Virus record (IMG/VR): IMGVR_UViG_3300047095_000752
Span: 124,001-188,000 of that record
Strand: one strand, 5' to 3'
Length of the DNA stretch: 64,000 bases
A program made the position numbers and the translations under genes. The notes beneath the pieces were generated by a model. That model was not told the DNA's origin, did not search any database, and was given only the letters and a program-made list of their open reading frames with translations. This document shows positions 58,586-64,000 of this stretch, in pieces; the first letter of the stretch is position 1, and each line of letters opens with the position of its first letter.

Positions 58586-60187
58586 TTATAATGTTTGGTT
58601 TATAAGGTAGCGACCACAATCCCATATTTTAACGGTATATTCTTTTGAGTACTTACTATATCTATTGCTAAAATTGTCATCTATATAATAAAAGTCTGGT
58701 TCAATGCTTGTAGAAATTTCGCATTGAGAATCTAATTTAAAATATCGCTTATTTATTAAAACTGGCATTCCAATACCCCAAATATAATCTATAACAGAAT
58801 GGTCTAGTTTAGTTCCACACCTCATGACAATATTATCCTTTATCAGTACCACAAATACAAGTTCATCATTATAATAATATCCAACATTAGTATCAGACTT
58901 AGTATATCCTTCTATGTGATTTTTATTTAAGAATTTTCGGGATATTCTTTTATTAATATATCTCATGTCACACTCATTGAAATCTATAATTTTGTTTAGA
59001 TTTAATTTTTCTTTTATTATTGACTGGATGATGTCGGATTTATATATCCATTCATCCTCAAATATATGTAATAAGTCAATACCTTTATTAAGACATAGAT
59101 TCGTTTTGTTTAAGTGGTATTGAGAGTCTTTACCTTGGAGTTCAGAATGCCAATACAATCCGTTAAATTCTATAGCTAAGTTATAGTCGGGTAAATAGAT
59201 ATCAAGTTCGAGAGGTGATATTATAGATCGATTTGAAGTTGATATGTTATAATCTATAGGTAAAATGGATTTAATAAAATCAACAATTTCGTTTTCATAT
59301 TTTGATGTATATGGTAGTGGATCGCATACATAGCATCTTGGTATTCGACCATTATCTAAATGATCTTCGAAGGTTGTGTTACAATCGTTACATTGAAATC
59401 TATATTTCTCATTTTTGACTCCATTGTAATTATATAAATTAAATAATGGAGTCAAAGATTTAAACTTATGTGAATTTAATATTTTATTGAATTTACGAGC
59501 TAATGATTTTTTTCTAAGTTTAGTCTTTCCTAAATCCGTTTTTAAATAATGTATTTCACCATAACGTTTTATGTTTGTTTCCTTTATTTTTTGTTTTACC
59601 GTATCACTTTGAAAAGTATATTTTACACCATACTTCTCTAAATTTGTTTTTTTGATATTATTTTGTATGGTTGGATTATTAAATGGGTTTTCAAATCCAT
59701 GTTGCTTTAAATTGGTTTGTTTAATTTGTTCTAAAATAATATCGGATTTGAGTGGGTTATCCACGCCATATTTTTTAAAGCACGTAGTTTTAATTTTCTC
59801 TCTACACTCATTATTTTCTTTCGAAAGAAATTCTTCAACCCCATATCTTTCTAAATTAGTTTTCTTTATTTTATCTCGTATTTGTTTAATTTGTGTTATA
59901 TACTCAACTCCGTATTTTTCTAAATTAGTTTTCTTTGTTTTTTCAGTTCTTTTTTGTATAAATTCTGGATCTTTAAACTTACACTTCGTCGAACAATAAA
60001 TATAAAACCCCTTAGCTAGATTTTTAAATTTTAATTTGTTATTACAAACCCTACAGTTAAGTTTTACATTAGGATTTATATATTTTATATAGAATTCTTC
60101 TTTAGAAGCTTCAGGATGAATTTTTGATAAGTGTGTCGATAATTGATTTATATTTGAATACTTTTTATCACATAGGCTGCAATCCAT
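58586..60187 (-). CDS. Homing endonuclease, PD-(D/E)XK/Vsr-like (Hef-type) with KxTNLEKYGV repeats
   Basis: Six K.T....(Y/H)G repeats; ELDIYLPDYNLAIEFNGLYWHS; HIFEDEW. Confidence 0.85.
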   Translation of the reverse strand: MDCSLCDKKYSNINQLSTHLSKIHPEASKEEFYIKYINPNVKLNCRVCNNKLKFKNLAKGFYIYCSTKCKFKDPEFIQKRTEKTKKTNLEKYGVEYITQIKQIRDKIKKTNLERYGVEEFLSKENNECREKIKTTCFKKYGVDNPLKSDIILEQIKQTNLKQHGFENPFNNPTIQNNIKKTNLEKYGVKYTFQSDTVKQKIKETNIKRYGEIHYLKTDLGKTKLRKKSLARKFNKILNSHKFKSLTPLFNLYNYNGVKNEKYRFQCNDCNTTFEDHLDNGRIPRCYVCDPLPYTSKYENEIVDFIKSILPIDYNISTSNRSIISPLELDIYLPDYNLAIEFNGLYWHSELQGKDSQYHLNKTNLCLNKGIDLLHIFEDEWIYKSDIIQSIIKEKLNLNKIIDFNECDMRYINKRISRKFLNKNHIEGYTKSDTNVGYYYNDELVFVVLIKDNIVMRCGTKLDHSVIDYIWGIGMPVLINKRYFKLDSQCEISTSIEPDFYYIDDNFSNRYSKYSKEYTVKIWDCGRYLINQTL

Positions 60188-60255
60188 TTATAATCCTAAA
60201 AATAATTCGTTATATTAAAATTAATATAACGAATTATTACGTTGTTGGTTTCATA

Positions 60256-61035
60256 TTAGATCTTGTGGTTCTCGAAGGTCCATTCCCCGTCTTCATTCCG
60301 ACTCATATCTTGATAAATGTTTGGAAACTCTTCCTTAAGTAAAGTAGCAATTTTATCAAATACAACTCGAATTTCTATCTCAGCGTGTTTGGATGTACGA
60401 AGCTCGATGACATGTCGTAGAGTCCGGTGATTGGCGGTGAAGACCATCTTACACATCTTACCTGTAGGGGCAATGCGTCGGAATGCGGAAGTTAAAATCT
60501 TCTTAGTATCAAAGTCTTTAATATTATCAATGTCATATATTTTTTCGAGTTCTTTAATTGATTTTTCAACACTTAGAACCGCATCTTGAAATACTTTATA
60601 TGCTTCTTCGTTATCTTTAATAATATCTGGAGCATACATAGAAATATCGTCGCAACGAATGTATCGATCTGATGACTGTGCATAGGCGGTTCCTGCCCTA
60701 TGCCGGACTAACTCATGAGTAGCTACACGAGATAGCTCCAACAGAAATCCGACGTTACAATGCTCTAGAACTGAACCGTGCCCGGATTTAAGAATGTTAT
60801 TGATATAGATATCATTACCTTCTCTTACACGAGAAATATTCTTATTTTCAAATGTACCATCTTCTTTAGACCACGATTCATAGCAATTTCTACCGGCAAA
60901 TTCAATTAATGATTCGGCACAGGTAACACCAAGTGCTGGTTTCCATGCGATTTCATTGTCGCTAAGATAATCCCACAGTCCTGATGTAATTTGAGTCTTT
61001 GAAATGATATACACTTTGGGGTCTGTAATTCTCAT
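60256..61035 (-). CDS. thyX: FAD-dependent thymidylate synthase
   Basis: GHGSVLEH; SRVATHELVRHR...AQSSDRY; N.R.LRH..ELR....AE.EIR. Confidence 0.93.
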   Translation of the reverse strand: MRITDPKVYIISKTQITSGLWDYLSDNEIAWKPALGVTCAESLIEFAGRNCYESWSKEDGTFENKNISRVREGNDIYINNILKSGHGSVLEHCNVGFLLELSRVATHELVRHRAGTAYAQSSDRYIRCDDISMYAPDIIKDNEEAYKVFQDAVLSVEKSIKELEKIYDIDNIKDFDTKKILTSAFRRIAPTGKMCKMVFTANHRTLRHVIELRTSKHAEIEIRVVFDKIATLLKEEFPNIYQDMSRNEDGEWTFENHKI

Positions 61036-61092
61036 TGAAATTCCTTTGTTGCGGTTTCGGTTGGATTATTATATCATACGAATTTCAAGGCA

Positions 61093-61906
61093 TCAATACT
61101 TCTTACCATAATATATAGACTGTTCACGTTCATGCCGAATTTTAAAATCTATTAGAATGTTACTTATTATATTCCACATCATACTATGCAGATTTAAATC
61201 CTCTAATTCTTCATTCACAATATTACCATCACTGACGCTTAGAAGATCTGTACCATCCAATGTAAACCTCACTGCTAGACCTAATAGTGTTGGAATACCA
61301 TAAAATTTAATATGTTTAGTGGGAGCTTGAATATACACGTCCCCTAATTTCATGTTCATCTTATCATTTGGGCTGGTGTTATGTATTGGTACCGTCGCTG
61401 TATAAATATTAGGATAAACTTGAACCTCATTAAAAGTACAATTTACAAATATATCACCTTCTTTATAATTTAATATATCATCATTTGTTAATATTTTATT
61501 CGTGGTTATATACATAACAAACCTCCAGTTAGGTGAAAGAGTAACTAAACTTTATAAGGTTTTTATCAAATTCTTCAGATCTATACAAATAAGCGAAGTT
61601 ATCTAATTCATTCTTAAACTTATCAAATCCCATATCATCCAATATATAATCGAGTCTAGTACATATATCATACATATTTTGATTATATTTAACATTACCA
61701 TCCCTTGGTTTATCTCTTGGTGATAGACCTCTCGGACCTAAAGTCATACGATAGGTTTGATCTTTAAATACATTTATAATATGACCGAGATTATCATCCT
61801 TTGTAATTTGGGAGGTTACCGAAACCATTTCGATAGAATAATACCACGTGTATTCTAATTGGGTATATCCTAAATCATGTAAATTTTTTGGTTGAGCGCC
61901 TTGCAT
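61093..61906 (-). CDS. Two hypothetical ORFs (61093-61515, 61529-61906)
   Basis: ORFs in an operon. Confidence 0.5.
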
Positions 61907-62561
61907 TATTCAAGTCCTTTAGTTGTATATATCGACATACTGTTAGATTCCTGTTGAGAGCATAGGGTACAGTTAAACTACCCCTAGACTGCATAGCAAC
62001 TAAATCTAAATTAATCATACCAGCATTTCGAGTTGACGGCTTTTCATTTATAGCATATATACCTTGAAATTTAGATGTCAACTCACTCTTAGTTATAGCT
62101 AATGCTTGTTTATAAGACTGAGAGTTTATATCAACTCTAAAGTGATATCCAGTAGAACTAATTGTAACATAGCACTTATATCTATTATATAATTGAAATA
62201 GATCCGTTACACATTTCTTTAAATCTTTTTCTGTAATCTTATTAGATCTACTGTCTATGTCAATTATTTTTTGTCGGAGAGTCTGACCGGGATATTCACT
62301 TTCGACAGATATGGAAACTGTGTAGCCAGTTATAATATCTTCATAGTTATCTTTATTTAATATTATAGCCGAATCTTTATATTTACGAACTACGGTGAAG
62401 GAATCGTGTGTATCGTATTTATTAAACAGTAAAACTTTTCTGTAATTACACTCCTTAAGTATTTTGTCTTTGTTTGAAATGTAATACTCGTACAACTCAC
62501 CTGTAGTCGTACGAGTATTACCAACTGTTATTGTCTTGTCTGGTTCCGATGGTTGCGGCAT
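61875..62561 (-). CDS. Archaeo-eukaryotic primase / LigD-polymerase-like protein
   Basis: T.G.L..YY; IIDID; SSTGYH; RGSLTVPYAL. Confidence 0.65.
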   Translation of the reverse strand: MPQPSEPDKTITVGNTRTTTGELYEYYISNKDKILKECNYRKVLLFNKYDTHDSFTVVRKYKDSAIILNKDNYEDIITGYTVSISVESEYPGQTLRQKIIDIDSRSNKITEKDLKKCVTDLFQLYNRYKCYVTISSTGYHFRVDINSQSYKQALAITKSELTSKFQGIYAINEKPSTRNAGMINLDLVAMQSRGSLTVPYALNRNLTVCRYIQLKDLNNARRSTKKFT

Positions 62562-62569
62562 AATATCTC

Positions 62570-63412
62570 CTAGCCTCTATAACGATGATAATGCATTTCT
62601 ATATATTTACCGTTTTTCAATTCTCGTCTTGTTGATTGATGTAGAACACGAAGAGTATTCCCATTCAAGTTAGACTTTGTATGTAGTTTATGGTTTATTT
62701 TATTTTTAAACCCTATATTATACATAAGTTTTTTAGACATGAATCTATTTTTAGTTTCTAAAAATCTTTTAATAACATAGGGGCTTATGGAATACATCCA
62801 CTGGTCGGACATTGGTAGATACTCACATGCACACCAATTATAAAGATTATCGTAAAAATATGACTTTAAACTTTTATTACATTTTATATATTGTAACATA
62901 TTTAGACGTGGTCGATATAAGATTAAATTTGTAAGCAGAGAGTAATTTATCATAGATTTTACTAAATACATTCTGGTTAAGTCGGACATATCTAAGGTTC
63001 AACCATCAAGAATTTTTTGAAATATTTATTACCTCGATATAAGTCGAACCAATGCCCATTAACAAAGCCAAATATAGAAATGTATAGTAAATTAGTATAA
63101 AATGCGAATGTATTATATGTATCGTATTCAAATATGAAAATTCTAAATATACGCCTAATGCCGGACCAACAACGTGTAATTTTATCTATAATCATGACAT
63201 TTAACCCAATCGTCTGAAAAGAATTTTTTGAAATACACAGTACTATCGTATAACTCTTTCCATTGGTCATTAATGAAACCATACAATGTGATGAAGGTCA
63301 TATTTGCATATACTGTAAATGTATAAAATGAATTACGAATCTGGTTTCCTATAAAACATGTAAATATGCGTCTAATTATACCCATACATATTCGGATGTT
63401 CGTTTCAATCAT
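62570..63412 (-). CDS. Three small hypothetical ORFs; 62992-63282 and 63182-63412 are tandem paralogs
   Basis: Shared IRRIF..FI...F..Y.N...I...GF.N..W..LY....YFKKF. Confidence 0.55.
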
Positions 63413-64000
63413 ACATTGAACCTATCTATAACTTTTTGCATTTCAGATAATATGGATTCTGCTTTGGTGTTGCGAGGTACCATTTTATCTAAAGATCCAT
63501 AGTGGGCTTCAAGGCAATTCAATAGAAGTTCCTTAATTGGTTCATACTGTATGTCGTGAGGGAGAGAAGTAGTTTCATATAGTGTCTGGAGTGTCTTTTC
63601 TTTTTCATAAAAATGATTTTCAACTTGATCTAAGTTCCACTCTCCCGCGCGTATTGACTTCCACCGTTCTCGATCCCGTTGCATGTCCATATCACCAAAT
63701 TGTAATAATTGTTCAGCATAATCTATTAGTCGAACGATGTGATATGCGAATTTAGTATCAAATCCGTATTTATCTATTAATTCTTTTCTTTTACCGGAAT
63801 TTGGATCTTTATTTTTCAATTTTCGTAATTGAGAATACGCATAGCCTTTGTAAGTGTGCCAGAGCTTAGAACATAAGAACTTATGTCTATTATTACGAAC
63901 CATCTCACCGATCTTGGTCATATGGCATATACAATTATCAGGAACAAATAAACTGTCGATCATATTTGGATTATTATTTACACATAAATCAAAATACTTT
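63409..64000 (-). CDS. Pol-beta-superfamily nucleotidyltransferase, C-terminal part (starts beyond the right edge)
   Basis: Frame open to the edge (KYFDLCVNNNPNMIDSLF); YKGYAYSQL; R.ELI.KYGFDTKFAYH.VRL; IRAGEW. Confidence 0.8.
   Translation of the reverse strand, partial: KYFDLCVNNNPNMIDSLFVPDNCICHMTKIGEMVRNNRHKFLCSKLWHTYKGYAYSQLRKLKNKDPNSGKRKELIDKYGFDTKFAYHIVRLIDYAEQLLQFGDMDMQRDRERWKSIRAGEWNLDQVENHFYEKEKTLQTLYETTSLPHDIQYEPIKELLLNCLEAHYGSLDKMVPRNTKAESILSEMQKVIDRFNV

Noticed and set aside
1-64000. Stop-codon reassignment as seen in some jumbo phages
   Set aside because: Conserved genes (ThyX, clamp loader, primase) are full length under the standard code, and TAA, TAG and TGA all serve as stops

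Overview
This AT-rich, gene-dense window reads as part of a large (jumbo-type) tailed phage genome. The host is probably Gram-negative, given spanin-like lipoprotein genes, IHF consensus sites and a sigma54 promoter. At the left edge is the N-terminus of a phage multisubunit RNA polymerase beta' subunit, which the ORF track missed. A virion region (gp5/VgrG-like hub, amidase, gp53-like wedge) is interleaved with about 15 small paralogous proteins, plus 2 more near 55.6 kb; they share Glu-terminated leaders and have hypervariable cationic, Gly/Ala-rich bodies. The T4-like replisome includes a family-B polymerase split into two genes in reversed order with a UDG-like N-terminal domain, a clamp loader and a primase. 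An ~850 bp non-coding origin-like region (G-quadruplex tracts, TTGAGAT repeats, IHF site, hairpin) lies beside a P-loop replication ATPase. Also present are a lysis cassette containing a PAS protein, ThyX, Hsp20 with a complete sigma54/IHF/UAS promoter, and nine free-standing homing-type endonucleases; seven of these are modular zinc-finger-repeat HNH enzymes with shuffled domains. Two recurrent intergenic motifs (GGACAAAT and ATTATATATATTAAWTAKTG) are candidate phage promoters. No tRNA, rRNA or CRISPR array was seen. All calls come from motif recognition by eye; no database searches were run.
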